Positions 23,701-38,700 of a stretch of DNA of 64,000 nucleotides are shown here, piece by piece (within the stretch, counting starts at the first letter, position 1; the number at the start of each line of letters is the position of its first letter). This DNA comes from Yuukianura sp. NJ FZ-2021. Its lineage: Eukaryota. The DNA is taken from positions 9,920,001 through 9,984,000 of the forward strand of contig CM102286.1 of NCBI GenBank assembly GCA_046563655.1. The letters run 5' to 3'. The translations under genes and the position numbers were made by a program. Below the pieces are notes generated by a model, which was not told the DNA's origin, made no database searches, and was given only the letters and a program-made list of their open reading frames with translations.

Positions 23701-26700
23701 CTCACAAGCATTTTCTTGCGATCATAATTCACAAAAAAAAACTTCAGTCGTGAAACCACATTCATTTTCCGGTCAGAATACTCTTGTTGTCTAGTACACA
23801 ATGGGAATGCTTTCTTCTTTTGAAATAGAGCGCCTCAAGATAAAAGGATATGAAAAGAAGTAGTTTTTTATTCATTGCCAACCCAGAATAGACTGCCAGG
23901 CACGTTGTTCCCGCTCCCTCGATTTGAAAAAAGTGGGAATGTTTTGTGATGCTGGAGAAAGCGGGAGTTTATGATTCGGTGAAATAATCTGTCTCTGGAG
24001 GACAATGATTCGTAATGAATATGCGAAAGAAGACATATTGAAATGGAAGGGGTAGGACAACCTACGCCTCTATTCCTATCGTTGATCACATAAATCATAA
24101 GGCAACCGTAACTCACTTTCCTTCCTATGTCCTACAGCCTAACCTAGCATTTTTTGGAAAGTCACCCACTTCTGCAGTATTTGCTTTGCTCTCTGTTTCC
24201 GCTTTCTCTTTCCAGTCAATATTTCCAGGAGAGAGAAAAGTCCAGGACGCAAATCCAGACATATTGTTTCCAGATAACGTTTCTGTAATTTGAGTCTTAG
24301 GGAAACGTAATAACATATCAGGAAACAAATGCTTTGCAATATAAGAACATTATTTGCAGTAGGGATCTACCTTAAGTTTAGGTTACGGAACTAACTTCGT
24401 ATGCTGCAGAAGATTTTAGGCTAAGATCTGAGCCAATGTCAAATACAAACAAAATCTGAGCCATCAAAAATCGGTTTTATCAGAAAATGAAATTTTGTTG
24501 CGTCCAGTCGGAGGGATAAAAAATGTCCAGATTTGATTTCCAAAAGGTCCGTCCTGGGTCATAAAGGGCATAAAGTGGACAATATAAAATCTAATGGGAA
24601 AATGAAAAACTCTTGCGCACAACTCTAAGGTTAACGTTGTATAAGGTAGTTTGAAATCGTACATCGTACATTCGGTGTAAGGTTAAGTATTTTCCAAAAG
24701 TTGAAAGTCCGTCATATGGTTTTGAAAGGCTATAAAGTTTAAGGGCGGCAGGCATAAGAGGAGTCCCTTGGAAAGTTAGACTTTAAGTTCCAGTGTGACA
24801 TGATGAATGGTTTTCAATAATAAAAGATCAGGGCAGATGTCAAGGGGGCACAAGAGACCAGGGAGAAACAAAAGCGAGGTTGGACTGTAATATTTTGACT
24901 CCAGATTTTACATTCGAGATGGATCAAAATCCCCTATTTTTCTAACATGACATCATAACTCATCTGGATTCGTACGACGTTTCTCTGCTTTTCCGGTCAG
25001 CAATACAATTTTTGATACTTCCGAGACGTAAAAAGTAAACAACGAGACACCATTGCAGGTCAAACCTTCCCGGAAATTTCTTCTGACTTGAAGAGTAAGG
25101 TTAGGGTGACTAGGCTTAAGGAAGACAATGCCACATGAATCTCATCCTCTTAACGTTCGTTTGTCTCCAACCCCCACCGTCATCATCTTATAAGTCTTAG
25201 GATTTGGATTGAACCTAACCTAACGAATTCCTCCCCCATGGAACCCAGGGAGGATTTGATGCTTTGATTCACGATTTTGCAGATATTGTACCTATTACGG
25301 TCTTCAAAGCCACCAAAATCAACCATCATCGTCACAGAGTGCAAACGAAGCAGAAAGGAGGGGAGATGGGCTCATAAATGCGGGATTTTTTCTAGACTTC
25401 TAGGAAAAGGTTCAAAAGTTACCAAGTTAGGCTTACTCAAAATTTCTTTGAAGCTAAAACTTTCTTCCAAACTACTTTCTTCTTAAGTTTTTGTTTTACT
25501 TATAGCTTACCTGGTCATCTTCAACACCAAAAATTCCATCAAACGCAAACATTTTAGGAGCAGAAACGCCAACGCGTCGCTCCTCCGGCGTTACGCCTGA
25601 ACTGACGCTTCCTCCTGGATCAGTCAGCGTTACTTGCTTACGCCTCGAGTCGACTCCAAGAATTCCATTGACATCGTCTGCATTCTCACCTATTCTCAGC
25701 ATCACTTTTACCTAATATAACAAATTAGTGCAATAATATTTAGTTTTGTTGTTAATTTCATAAATGAAATAGCATTTGTCATTTAACGCCTCAGAATGCT
25801 TTGACACGTGGTGGTGGATTTGAAACAAGATTTGGTGCATTGTTTGGCCAACTTAGGATTAGGCGTAGAATGATATGGAGAGAAAGTGGGAGTGAAAGTG
25901 GATGAAAGTTTTGGTGAAACTGGAAGTGACGGACGTGCCGTTTGGTTTGTTCCTCTTCTTCCGGATTTAGACTCATGGCCAAAAGTCAACATTGACTTGT
26001 CTCATGTATTGATTCTAATGATAGACCCAGAAACAACTGGGATGAGCTTTCCAAATACAATGGATGGGGAAAGGACCAGCGGATTCTAAAGTCTCCAAGG
26101 TTGATTTTGAATCTGGGCTTTGCTACAGAGCGACTTTCTCTCCAACACCCGGAGTGAAATAGCACATCAATTCCCATAAACTCAAATCTAAACCACCCCG
26201 AGCACTTGAACTTAATGGCAGAGACACTCTAGATTTATCTTAAGCTTTCGCCTCACTTTAAACTAACAATTCCCTCCACAGCTTTTCGTGAAATATATTA
26301 ACGCAGCGCAGCGGAATTCTGAAATGCACTTGGAAATGTCAATTTTTAAAAAGCACAATTTGAATTTTTAACAATTTTGGTTTTTTGTTGAGTAAACGAG
26401 TAAAACATTTGTGATTTTGTTTTGCGGTTTACTTCATTTAGTTTTTACATCGACAGCAAAAGGCAAGCGTTGGTTTGATGAAAACATTTGGACGTGGTAA
26501 ATACGAAATAGAAACATCCATTCCAAATGGTCTTTTCCTTTTTGAAAAAGTGAAAAAATCAATGATATTTTTTGTTTGTGGAAAGTGCAAAAGAGAAAGC
26601 AGGAGAAAGTTTTCAATCTGAGGCCATAAAATGGGCAACCCCTGCTGTTTAGATTACTGCCATCTGCGACCCATGCACAAGCCTATGAAACGTCGCCTTA

Positions 26701-29700
26701 GTTGCACTTTCTCCCTCCGTTTTTGCTTACGCCGCAAACACACAGGAGATGTTGAGAAAGCTTCAACGTTTTATGGAAGAGTCAGAGGATGCTGCTGGAT
26801 GGTACCTGCAGCATCCACAAAACTTTCCCAGCCACCAAACTGCTCTTGATGCTTTTCACAGGAAAACTATGAAATGGCAGTACTACTCATCATCTGCATC
26901 TCTGGCGTGGAAGTTGAGCTGGAGCAAGATTGAATTGCATCACATTGTCATTCTCACTCCATCTCCACATAAATATGTCTCGACTGAAGTGGTACCGGAA
27001 AAATTGAATGCATTACATCATATTTTGAAATCAACCAGCACCAGACAGTGACACAGAGAAAATACTTACTCCGCTCACACAGAACTCAGTTTCTAAAACA
27101 CTCCGAAATGAGGATGTTTCCAAAAAGACAATGGAAAAGGGATGTTAATTCCCGATTTCTTCACGACTGTCAACAAAAGTTGGTTTGGTTAAACGTTTAT
27201 CTAGAGGCAAAGAAGTTCACTGACTTTATTAATCACTTGTTTGCATTTGAAAGCAACGTTTATATAAAAAAAAGTCTGACAAAAATATGTGGGCGTTGAG
27301 CACCTCCCCCTTTTCAATAAATTGTCCACTTGAAATCTGAGAAAAAAAACCTACGCCACTTTTTAAAAGCTCACTAGTGACTTTCTTTCAAGTACGCCAT
27401 TGAAAATCAAACAGCACGTTTCTCTATTAATGTGGCGTGCTTGGAGCACACTTTTGCACACTACAAACGTGCATAGACCACCAACGTTGCCCTAATGCAT
27501 AAAAATGTGGACGGAAATGTCGAAACTCATAAATAAATTTGCTCTACCGGTCAGTATTTTTACATGCTTGTACCGCCTTCTACCGTTACAAAACCGATTT
27601 TGAAAAGTCCGTATCAAGGCGACCAAATAACAGTGTTAAGGAGTGGATCAAGATCAAGACCAATTTCAGTTTAGAAAGGAGCCTTTGATTAAAAGCGAAG
27701 TCAAAAGAACGCGCTCAAAATTGTTTTTAGTTCGAAGAAGACAAATGGTTTTTGAATCTATTTTTTGGAGGAAAAGAATAAACTTAGGAGTGACGAAATG
27801 AAAGAGGGAGAAAGTCAGCTGAGGGATGGGGAGAAAGTGATTTTAGTATGCAAAGGGCAAAAGGGGTTGATTCGGTGGCTGTGAAGTGGCAGAGTAATTT
27901 TTTATTCTTATGAAAAACCAATTCAATTACATCTCCACAACACATCTTCCGACTCAACCTCATCTGTGACTCACTTTCAACGAAAAGAAAGTCATACGAG
28001 TAATTGAGAATCTGCTTCGAAAAGTGCCAAAAACTTAAATAAATATTTCTGCCTTAACCAATATGCCGTAGAGAATATATTCAAAGTCTCCCTCTGTTTT
28101 TTCTTCGTAATTGGTAGTCTATTAAACTCAACTTTCTCCATTTCTCAGGTTCTGACTTTCTTAATTTCACGCTGGAACCATACTTGATTAAATGCCATTT
28201 ACGCCCAGGGACTTCCTAATTTATTCTAAGGATTCCTCCACTCTCCCTTACAATCAACCTTAAACCTAACGGCATTGCATAACCTAATCCTAACCTAACC
28301 TATTATATGTAGTAGGGGAGAGGCACCTTCTGCAGGTAATGTAGTGTGTTATTATATAGAGCTACTTTTTACATTATTACTTTTTGCATCGCTGAACATA
28401 GGGGAGAAGTCTTTTAAGCGGGAAAGTGGATTCCTTTTGTTTCCAGCGCCATTCCTATTAATATGTGCAACACCGTGGAATAAATACTAGAATCTAGGAA
28501 AGGTCTAATTAACAGCTAGCGATCCTAGGTTCATAAGATAACCTAACCTAACTCTGTGCAATACTTAAAGCCTTTTTTGTGCTATTCATAAATATGAAAC
28601 AATTTAACCTGACCTAACAACATTCAGAGTTAACCAAAGCGTTGAGAATTAGCTTTGAAAGCATTTCTAGCTCAAAATCACAATACCTAATTTTGTATTC
28701 TGAGACCATGAAATGACTAAGGAAAAGTGAACTTCTGTTCTAGGATTGGCATTTGCACAGAACGGAGAAAGTTTAAGGGTGGAAAAATGGAGCCGAGCAT
28801 TTTAGATGCAAAGTTGTGTCACTTGCATACATATCGGGCTTAAGCGGAAAAGAAACACGGATTTCAAATTTTCATTGGACTTTCTCTCCTTTTTTGGTTT
28901 TCTTTACCCTCTAAGATTTTTGAAATCTCGGTCTCTGCATTTCTGGTTGACTGTTAGGAAGGAGGGGGATAATAAGTTTTAAGCTTTGTGTCCTGAAACT
29001 TTTTACTTTCACTGAATATACCTTTCTCTTGGGTGGTAAGATTGGAAGGTAGAAGTAAACCAATGGATATAAAAATAGGAAGAAAGTAATGGATCCCCTT
29101 CTGGAAAGTAGACTTGCTGCTACTGTGGATTCAGATTTTGTAGAACTGGAAGTAAACGGCAAGAAGGATATAAAATGGTTTAGAATTTTAAGTAGGTTTG
29201 ACTTTTTAGAGGAAAGGGACTGGAAATGATTTTGTTTCGTACTTTCTTTTCCCCCTGAAAAAAAAACCTCATGTTTACGAAATGAATCTCATGAATAACG
29301 GATTTTGCGCCACATCTTCTCAGATTCAACAACACAATTCGATACAAGATGCCGAAAGAATCTGGATTCATTTCAAAATCACCTAATGAAACTCGTACTG
29401 TCAACATGTTTATACATAAGAATTAAGATTTGAAAGAAAAAAACATTCTCAGACTTTTTTTTCTCAAAATCAATTTTTTTCATTTCTAAGGAAATGAAAC
29501 CTAGCCATCAGACTTCTCAGAAAATTGTTTTTCATCATTTTTTGAGAAACAGAATTCTTGAAATTGAAAACGAAAATCTGAAAAAAATTACCCCAAAACG
29601 GAAATTTTGAAATAAGGAGGGAGAGATGCGGACAAGTAGAATTTGACCATAAGTAAGAGTAAATGGACCGAAGAAAGGTTCGTAATGGACAATGGGATAG

Positions 29701-32700
29701 AAATTCTCAATTTGAACTCTCTCCACCATGCAGAAAAGCCATTGCCTTTCCCTGCCCCTGTCAAGAGGAAAAGTTAAAGACTTTCTCTAAATCACTTGGA
29801 ATGAAGTGGAGGTCCTTCCAAAGGTCACTCCGCCATAATTCAGAAAAGGAGTTAGCTTAGGTTAGGGTTTCCAGTCAACGAGCGACCACAGCTTGATGAT
29901 TTACTCTGTCATCATCATTATTCATAGAGAAATTATTCTGGTTCAGAAGACTCTCAGCCACTTCACAAAATGTCTCCTTTTACTGCCGCAGTTTCCCAAA
30001 TTTTGGATTCTAGGAGAAAGGGTAAAAGAGGGGAGAAAATCTGAACATTTTCACAAAAGTTTTAAAAACTGCATAGAGGCCAGGGCAGTTCGTTATTTTT
30101 TCTCTGCAACTCTAGAATTTAGTAATTAAAGGGGTATGTCGCATAACCCTAATAAGCTATAATTTAGATTTTATAGTTTGTGCATTTACTAATTTTTTGT
30201 TTGTTTTATCCTTCCACCGTCATTTAGATCACGTCATCAAAGCGTATTCATAGTGTTTGAGATAATGTCAGAGATGGAAGACGTGGTTATAAAATTTTGA
30301 ACAGTCGATCAAAGACCTACACAAAAGCTTACAATATTGAGTTCCTGAATGTTTTGAAGAAAAGTGAAGATGACAGAATAATGAAAGGAATGAAATGGAC
30401 ATGGAAGAAAACGAAATGACTTTCTATCGTTAAATACACCAATTCACTTGCCGTCATATCGATCTGTAGCTGCATGCCTTTTCTTTTTCCACTTTCTTTA
30501 ATCTTTCACTTGCACGCTTTCTGCAATAATGCCGATCGCTTTTTTCTCCAAAAAAAAAAAACTTTATTTCGTTGCTCAATAGCTAACTGTGCCAAAGCCA
30601 AGTTGATTACAAGATGCTTTCTTACCACAACTGTTAATGTTTGATATTATTAGCAAGAAAAATTCACGCAAATTTTGGACAATAATTTGCAAATTTAGCA
30701 AACCTTTCCCGCTACTTTCGTAAACTTTGGGTTACAGGCGGATTTAATTAATAGCTTTTTTGTTGCATTTTTCGTTGTTGATTCATTAATGGTAGAAACG
30801 ATAAAGTATATGTTATATAAGAATTGAATGGTTTGGTAATTATGATGAAGCTAAATTGGAAACGAACTTTTCTAGACACACGCCCATTCATTACCCTTCG
30901 GCTTTGCAATGCTCTTTAGTATTTAAGGGTTATGGATGAAAGGAGTAATTTCATCTTCATCTGGAAAGCAATGACGATCACTTCGGTTGCAAAGTTCACA
31001 TTAGGTTAGCAGAGACGCCTTTAACTTTTCAAGTCAAAGGCGACACTTTCCGCTTCACAGTGGCAGCGGCAGCAGCTCTACCTCGATAATGGATTACATA
31101 TTTCATGTGATGTATTTTCTTCTTTTTTTAAGTTCCCGCCACCCTCCCTCACCCTAACCACTCACTCATCAAAGTTCTTCTGTTTTTCAAGGGAAAGTGG
31201 GAAAAGGACTTTCCCCAAATGGAAACTACGCTTTTCTATAAGCTTAGCATTCTGATATAAGCTACTCTAACTCTGTGTCTCCATTTCATCACAACGTCAA
31301 ACCTCCCTTTCATCATCCACCAAAAGTTTAATGGAAGAAGGAACGATGATGTAACCAACTACAGTTGACAGTGATTTCTGCCGCTTCCGCTGCGACATAA
31401 ATGTCATCGCTGACTCTGGTTCCTGTTTCCGTGGATAAGAACTGAATTTATGGATTCGCACATTTTATGACCTATAAAAAGAGACTGGAGAGCAGTCTGG
31501 AACTGCAAAATCAAAGGATGCAGATTATTGCCTCCCCTCTCCGCCGCTTTCTAGTTTTCTAAATTCCTTTTTCCTCTGTTCTGGAAATTATCTGTTCATG
31601 TGGAAGTTACAGTCACGGAGTAAGTTTGTGTGAGATCATCACAGTTTTCCAGTCTTAAACTTTAGTACTTGGTTTCATAACACTATGACTTTCTAGGAAA
31701 ACAGTCAGAGTAGATATAGCAAAACCAGAAAGAAATCAAAATTTTGAAAAGTTTGTAAAATAACAAGAAATACAACATTTTGGAAAGTAAATCCGCTTAA
31801 ACAGGCGAATGAATGTTCGAAATTCTTGGAAATTTTTTCCCCTCCTCGGCTCCACTGGGAGACAAACGTTGTTCAAAGTTTTAATGTTCAGAGTCATTTG
31901 AATTGTTATATTCGTCGCTTAAAAAGTCACTAGGGGCCTCACCTCTATAGTTCCACTTTGAAATAGCCGCTAGACGCTTTAGAAGCTATGAAGGGGATGG
32001 TGACATTAAGCAGATACTGATAGCTTAGACTTTAGTACAAGGGGAGGAACAGCATCATAATGAAAAGAAGTTATTCATAAACCAAATGGAAAAGTATAAA
32101 ACTATTTTTTAAAGTGTAACTGCTCTGCAGGGAATAAGTTCCAGATGGAATGATTATGTAACTTGAACATTTTAACTTTCTCTTCAAGTATTTACAAAGT
32201 TCCAGAAATGCTGCTATACTTTTTAAAATGTCTAAATTGTCTATAGGAGTTAGACCCAATTAAGCTGGTTTTTATTCTAATCTGATTAGGCCCAAAATCG
32301 ACTAAAAGTGGGACTGAATTAGCTCCTGGCATTTCAAATGAACTGAAACTGCATATCTGGAAGAAATCTTGAGATGGAAGGATCCTCAAAAGTTCAAACT
32401 GAATTTCTTGCTAGTGACTGTAACTACCGTGGGCATTTGTAGTAAAAGTTAGTGTGTTCTGAGATGTTGTCTGAAGAAAGTAGAGAAGAAAGTTAAACTA
32501 ATTTCTGTCGCTGTCATTTCAGTTCAAAGGAAAAGTCACTCACCTTTCCCAAGGGAGACTCCGACACGCGTCCAAGTTTGCGCGAGAGCACAGGTGGAAT
32601 GGGTGCGGCACATTTCCGCAGCGCTGTCGCAAAGTCCGCACGACTGCAACCGCCAGTGCTGCTTCGTCGAGCGGGAGAACTCATCGCTCCGAATGCGGGA

Positions 32701-32715
32701 ACGACTGAGTAGAAT
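14729..32715 (-). CDS. KIF26: Kinesin-11 family KIF26/Vab-8-like protein; exons 32715 (or ATG 32684)-32544, 25711-25511, 23211-23118, 22424-22224, 20538-20287, 19683-19566, 19364-19199, 18242-17980, 17410-16678, 16221-15855, 15753-14729
   Basis: FATALRK...PIPP...GK|VKVMLRI, APKMFAFDGIF, GVVPMTISWLF, RYSVRISA, LFTIHLYQY, GGRSRLH, LRECLGSLTCR, SSSEQSCDTVIY, QVTEEDI and DHPLRALSQE. All junctions are phase-compatible. Confidence 0.9.
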
Positions 32716-35700
32716 CTAAAATCAAGAGATAAGGTAGGTTAGGTTAGAAAGACAAATCAACTTAAACGACGGGAATGCTCCAGAATTTGTCATTTGTTTG
32801 GGCGTGGCGGAGGCTAGGTTGATGTTAAGTATAAATGCTGTCGTAACAGTAAAGTTTAGTGAATGTAAAGGCCGAGAGAGTCGTTGCTTCCGGAATCGCA
32901 TATGCTCTCTTCAGTATCTATCATCTAACTTATTAGTCCTTGGGGACGTGTAGTTTACTTGACTCCCCACAGTAACCCTAGAATCAAAGTGTTCAGGGAT
33001 TGAAGTTGAAGAGTCAACAGAGATACAATGTTTTGCTGCTCTACAGAATATGTTTGACCAGGAAATCGAAATTTTGCTTGCTTTTTTACTGCGCTCACTC
33101 GTTGAACGAACTATGTTGTTCCATTGCAATTTAACAAAATCGTTTCTATAAAAATCACAATTTTCAAATTTTGGGAGCGAAATTTTGAATGTGCATTTTT
33201 CCAGCTCAAAACTGGCAACTTCTAGTTTACGACTGAAACGAATATTTCTGTAACCAAAACTGCGACGAGATAATTTAGAGTTATTTTTTCGAGAAGTGAT
33301 TTTTCGTTTGAAGCAAAACGCTGAGTAATTCTGAAAATCAAGTTTTATGTTTGCCTGAAACGCTTCATTTCAAAACAGTATATTCCTGTTTAAGAAAAGT
33401 TTCAAAGTTGTGCGTCTCATAATTTCCAAGAAGTTTACTGCTGCTGAAACTGCTAAGAAATTATTTATGTTTACTTTTGAAAGAGCTACATTCATTAACG
33501 CTAAGCTAAAAAAAATTGTTCAAGGAAAGTTTGTAAAAAATAACCCGGGAAAATTTAGAACATTAACAAAAGCTTACGTTAGGGAGAACTTTTAGGTTCG
33601 TTTTTTTTATACAAGAAAAGCTTTGTTATTTTAGTGTAGTCTATGAACTATCGAGTTTTGTAACTTCCGCTGATGTTCAAGAGGCCACTTTCAAGACTAA
33701 CTTAGTAAATAAAAAACCTTGGCTAAAATATTTTTGGCGTTGATTATTACATGACCCATGAATCCGCAACTTAATCTTCGTCACACAGAAATTCAGTTAC
33801 GCTAGAAAAGCTGTTAAAAACGAAAATCTTAGAATTTTTTGTTTGTTCCTATTGTTTGCTCAAGATCTTCTTTAGCTGGAAATGTAAAAATATCAAGTTA
33901 GGTTAGGTTTTTACTTTAGTGCTCGATGCAAAAATCCTTTGTGTTTCTCTTTGTCGCTTCATTTGCTTTGCCAATTAAAATTTCACGGTCCATAAATTGC
34001 CATCTATTGTCAGTTTTCTGGTTTCAAATGTGCGAATGATGACACAGAGGAGAGATACGACTGTGAGAAATTGCCATATATGAATGTATTTACGACATAG
34101 TTCAGAGCCAACTCCTTCCCGAATGCAAGAAAAAAGTAATATAACTTTTGACAATGGAATGGAAGAAAAAAAGTAACGCTGGAATGGCTGGAAGAAACGT
34201 GTCCATTTCCCCACATGTCAGAGGAATAAAGTGTATGTTAGAAAAATGCATAGGGATTGTCTGAAATCGTTTCTTCTGAAACTGCATTTGGATTTTCAAA
34301 TCCTCGTGCAACAAGAAAAGAATACCACAATTTACAGCAGCGTCAAGTCCAAAAAAGTTGCACTCAAATGCAAGTTTCTTTGCCACTCACCCACATTTAC
34401 ATTCTAACATGCAAGTGTAGAATACTTTTCTTTTTTTTTGATTCTTCAGGGAGATCCAAGAGATCAATTTTGATTTTGAACAGCGGCACTTTTTGAAACT
34501 GACTTTGACTTTACTCTAGGCGTATTGCTTTTTCTTTTCCTGGCACATCAGGATTCAAACTGACAAACGCTCGAGAACCAAAAAGTGACACTCGAAATCC
34601 ATTCGATTTATTCCCCTAACCAAAAGACTTTCTTTGTATTCTTGACCAAAGGTCAGAAATATCCCTCAATAATCGAAGGATCAAGAGTTTAAATCTCCCT
34701 CTTCTATTTTCAAATTCCTTTTTTTTTGGTTTGATCGTGCAGTATTGAATATATTAGAGACAAATCGAATACAGTCTCTATTCGATTTTGTTAAAATGGA
34801 TTTACTCTCTGTTTCCATTCGGCTCAACACTTGAAACTGTTTAGATGCAACTTGACTGCACATTCTGCTGCAAGTTCCATTTTTTCAAAAATCAAATCCC
34901 TATAACATAAAGTTGAGAAAATCCTCCATTGAAGAAAGTGTCACTTTCTTCCTTCTGCTCTTTCTTCTCTCAAACCCTAAGCCCTCCTTGACTTGATATC
35001 CCAAAATCTGAAGAGGAGTTTGGATTTACATTTTGAGATATAAATCGGTTGGTTTCATGAATTTATAATAAAACATAGGGTTTCTACTATCAACTTAACG
35101 TAGCCAAAGGAAAAAACATAGCCTAACCTAAAGGTAGGGGACAGGATCTTTAAGCCTTAAACTTTAGACTGACTTTCCTTGTTCCAAACAGAATGGGCAA
35201 AGCGATGACACCCCTTGGGCACACGGCAAGATAAATATCAGGAGGATTTGGGAAGGAAAGCCTTCTGCCTAAATCTCTGCGAGAAAGCACGAGAAAGTAG
35301 TTCCTTCCTTAAACTTCCGACTTTCCTTAGGTTACGTTAGTCGGAAGCTTTCTTTTTGTTATTTGGAACTTCAGAACCAAAACAAATAAAGAAATGGAAA
35401 AGTCTTTAGCGTTTGTTTCCCTACTACCACATTTCCAAACGTCCATTTTGACTTGTGCAACTTTTTGACAAGTTTTTTGGAGTTTGATAGAAAAACTTGA
35501 GTTTTCACTTTTCTGTTGCCCTTATTTTCAAACAATTTATGTCAAAAGAAAGGAAACAATGCTTGGCATTTAACTTTAGTAAAAACAAAGGAGGGTCTAT
35601 TGACATTTGAGCAACTTCTTGAGTTCCCTTTCTACAAACAATTAAATACTATTTAAGCGTTTCCTTTCTTTTGTGTTTTGCCGCCAAGCTGCTGTTCAAA

Positions 35701-38700
35701 ATCTGGGCTTCTAAGACCAACCTTTTCTGGGGAATTGTGTCCCGAATTCCAGGAATTCTCTAGAAACACACAACGGAAGTCTACTAAGACCCAAATGGGT
35801 TCGGTAACCTTTCCGGGTTCTTTTGTGCCTGGCCATTTCAAAAGTTTCATAACTTTTTTGATCCAAAATGAGATTTCAAAATTTTGAACTTGCAGACAAT
35901 CTCAAACAAAAGCTGGCACGACGAGAACACTTTTAAGGAAAACGAGAAATATCAAACTTCGGAATAACAGTTAAAATTGAATGGAAATATTATTCTCTGG
36001 GATAAAATCTAACACTAGGCGAAAAAATTTTCAGTTCCTACTTCTTCTATAGCTTGAATTTTAGCCGGCTTTCATTTCCGAATTTTCATCGGAATGGCAA
36101 GCATTCCATTTGAAAAGCTTTGAAATTGGATTCAGAAGTCAAATTTTTGGGTTAGCTTAGAAGAGTTAGGAAATGGAAGAGGAACTGGAAATTTTTGTAG
36201 AGCGTCCGGAACATCGCAGCAATCCGCATAAGAATTCCGCAATATCGTTAGAGTGCAAATTAAATGTTGTCTCGTAAAATTGCTGCTAGGAGGTCAGTGT
36301 ATCTTGGAAAACTAGACTCTGGAACAGTAACTTTCATTCCCACGACTCTCCAAGTAATCGTTCGTTCTGCATATTCCCATTTCCGTATTGTAGCAATTTG
36401 ACATTGCTTTCTCTCTTGTACTCTCGTGTTGGTAAACTTTATGGTTAGTTCGACTCGATTAAATTAGGATACAAGCGTAATCCAATTTCAAATTTTAAGG
36501 GCTTCAGGGACCAAAAACATTCCGTCTGGGCATATGGAAACCATAATTTCGAAACCACGGTGTTCGGAGAAGGAGACCCTTATTAAAAGATTCCTCTAAA
36601 CAACACCAACAAACACCGCAAAAAGTGAACATAACACTGTCAGCCTAACAAAGTCGGAGGTTTTCTATTTTTGTTAACTTTAGTGCCGGAACATAAACCA
36701 GAGAAGAAGTCAGTCAGATAACTTTTTAGCAACTTTTCGGGCCTTTATTGCATGAAGAGTTTTTTTCTTGCTGAACGAAGCCTGTCATTCCGATGATCTC
36801 TAAGATTTATTTATTCTAAAAATTATACAAAAAGTTTCACACCTTTCCGTCATTTTGAAAGGCACAGATCTTACCGATCGAACAGAGAAATTGTGCAGAC
36901 AAGCTATAAAAGTGGAACATGAAATTTCCTGCATAGCCGATTCCATGCAATGAGCTTTAGAACTTCAAACTGTTCAGAAGCCACGTCGGCTTTAATGATT
37001 CAGACTAAATTTTAGTTACTGCTACAATTTAGGAGTAACATTGAGATTAGCATCGGCGCATAATTCTAACAGTGATAACTGAATTAGAAACCTTTCTCAT
37101 TACGCTCGTTTCTTTATAGCGTTTGTTTAGATTAGGCTGTGAGTTAGGTTGGGTTAGAATAGCTTCTGCTTTCTCTCAAAGTGAGACGTGAAAGTAGTCT
37201 GAACTTAGGTTTTAATCTCTCCATGATAAATGCGGGTTAAAATGGATCTTTATTTATCTTAGGAGAGGAGCGAAGATCCCAATTAAATTAATCCCGCCAT
37301 AAAGCTACCCGCCTGCCATTCTCAGAGGATATCCAATTCCAGAACATGTTCTCAGGAGAAAGAGAGGGAAAGGAATTGAAATAATGGAGAAAGTCTGGTG
37401 GTCCACATTAAATCTACGCGGGAGCTCCCTTCACTTTCCCTATTCTGGCTAATCAAGCCCAGTTCCTCAAATGGACCAGGGATCTTCCGCTGGTTCTCTG
37501 GAAAACGTCTTAGTTAAGTGGTCCAGTCACCACTCCTAACCACCGACTACTTCCAGTGTTATTCATCATTTCACTTTACTCAAACCCTAACTTTTCAATC
37601 ACTTTACTTACCCTCTAACAGTCGTCAAAAGGACATCAAAATCTCTTTAAAATATTCCCATTTCCAATCAAGCATTATACTGCTATTTTGAAAACGATTT
37701 TGAATCAGCAGTACGAGTTTTCCCTCTGAGCAGGATTTTTGGTCATAAAATCCTAGCTGAAAAACACCATTTCCCACTTTAGCAAATCATTTCCAGAGTC
37801 AATTTTAAATGTTAATATTTTCATGTTTTTTTCATGAATCATGAGCGGCGTTAAATATCTTACCAATGAATTCTATGTTGAGGTTTATAGGTTAAGTTTT
37901 TTTTCCTACGAAAAAACTCCTGGCAGTTTTTGATGTTATTATTAATGAACACAAGGTTGAGGATGGTAAAATTCAACTTTCAAGAAGGAATGTGAATAGG
38001 ACAGTTTGAGGAATGAAAAAAAATCCGTTGATTCTTAAAAACCATTTTTGAAATTCGGGTTTCCGACTGCACACTTAACTTAACATATTATTTCAAACGC
38101 CGCCCAAATAACACAAAGAAGACTCCAAATGCATTTCTCTCGGCAAGATATTTGTTAGTATTTTAAATTAGTTGTAAAGGCATTTAAGGAAATTATTTGT
38201 CTCACCAACAGCTTCTACGGCGAATCTTCTTCAAAGTCGTGTTGAATGTCCGAGTAAGTTTGAAAGCTTAGTTTCAGTTCGTTTCGAGGTCATTTTAGTA
38301 TAAACCACTTGTATTATTTTTGAAATGAAAGTTCAGTGTTCACCGGCAAGTAGACAAAGAAGAACAGTGTTCTATTTAACTGATGAAATGATGATTAATG
38401 GATGCTTGCCTTTGGGAGAGAAATCAAGGGGTGAAGATGTTAAGGACTTGACTTAAGCTTGTCTCTTGTTTTTGTGCACTAAGCGACTATACAGAAGTGT
38501 TTTCTGGAAATGCTAAAATTTTTAGAACAGTAAGGTTTAGGAGCAGAAGGAAATGAAAGCGTGGAAGCAAATTCCGCGCTTCGACTTCCTCCTGGAACCA
38601 GGGAATAGAAATCCCATGTAACATGAAATGCACTTCCATGCACTTTGGAACCAAATCTCCACAAACAACAACTGCGCACACGCATAGCATGACTTCCAAG

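Noticed and set aside
25783..25992. ORFs just upstream of the VKVMLRI exon as the KIF26 N-terminus
   Set aside because: No good donor; the exon at 32544-32715 has a consensus donor and the conserved motif.
22204..37160. Scattered 2-3 copy TTAGG/CCTAA runs as telomere or fusion remnants
   Set aside because: Too short and dispersed; several could be branch-point-like CTAAC or MITE remnants.
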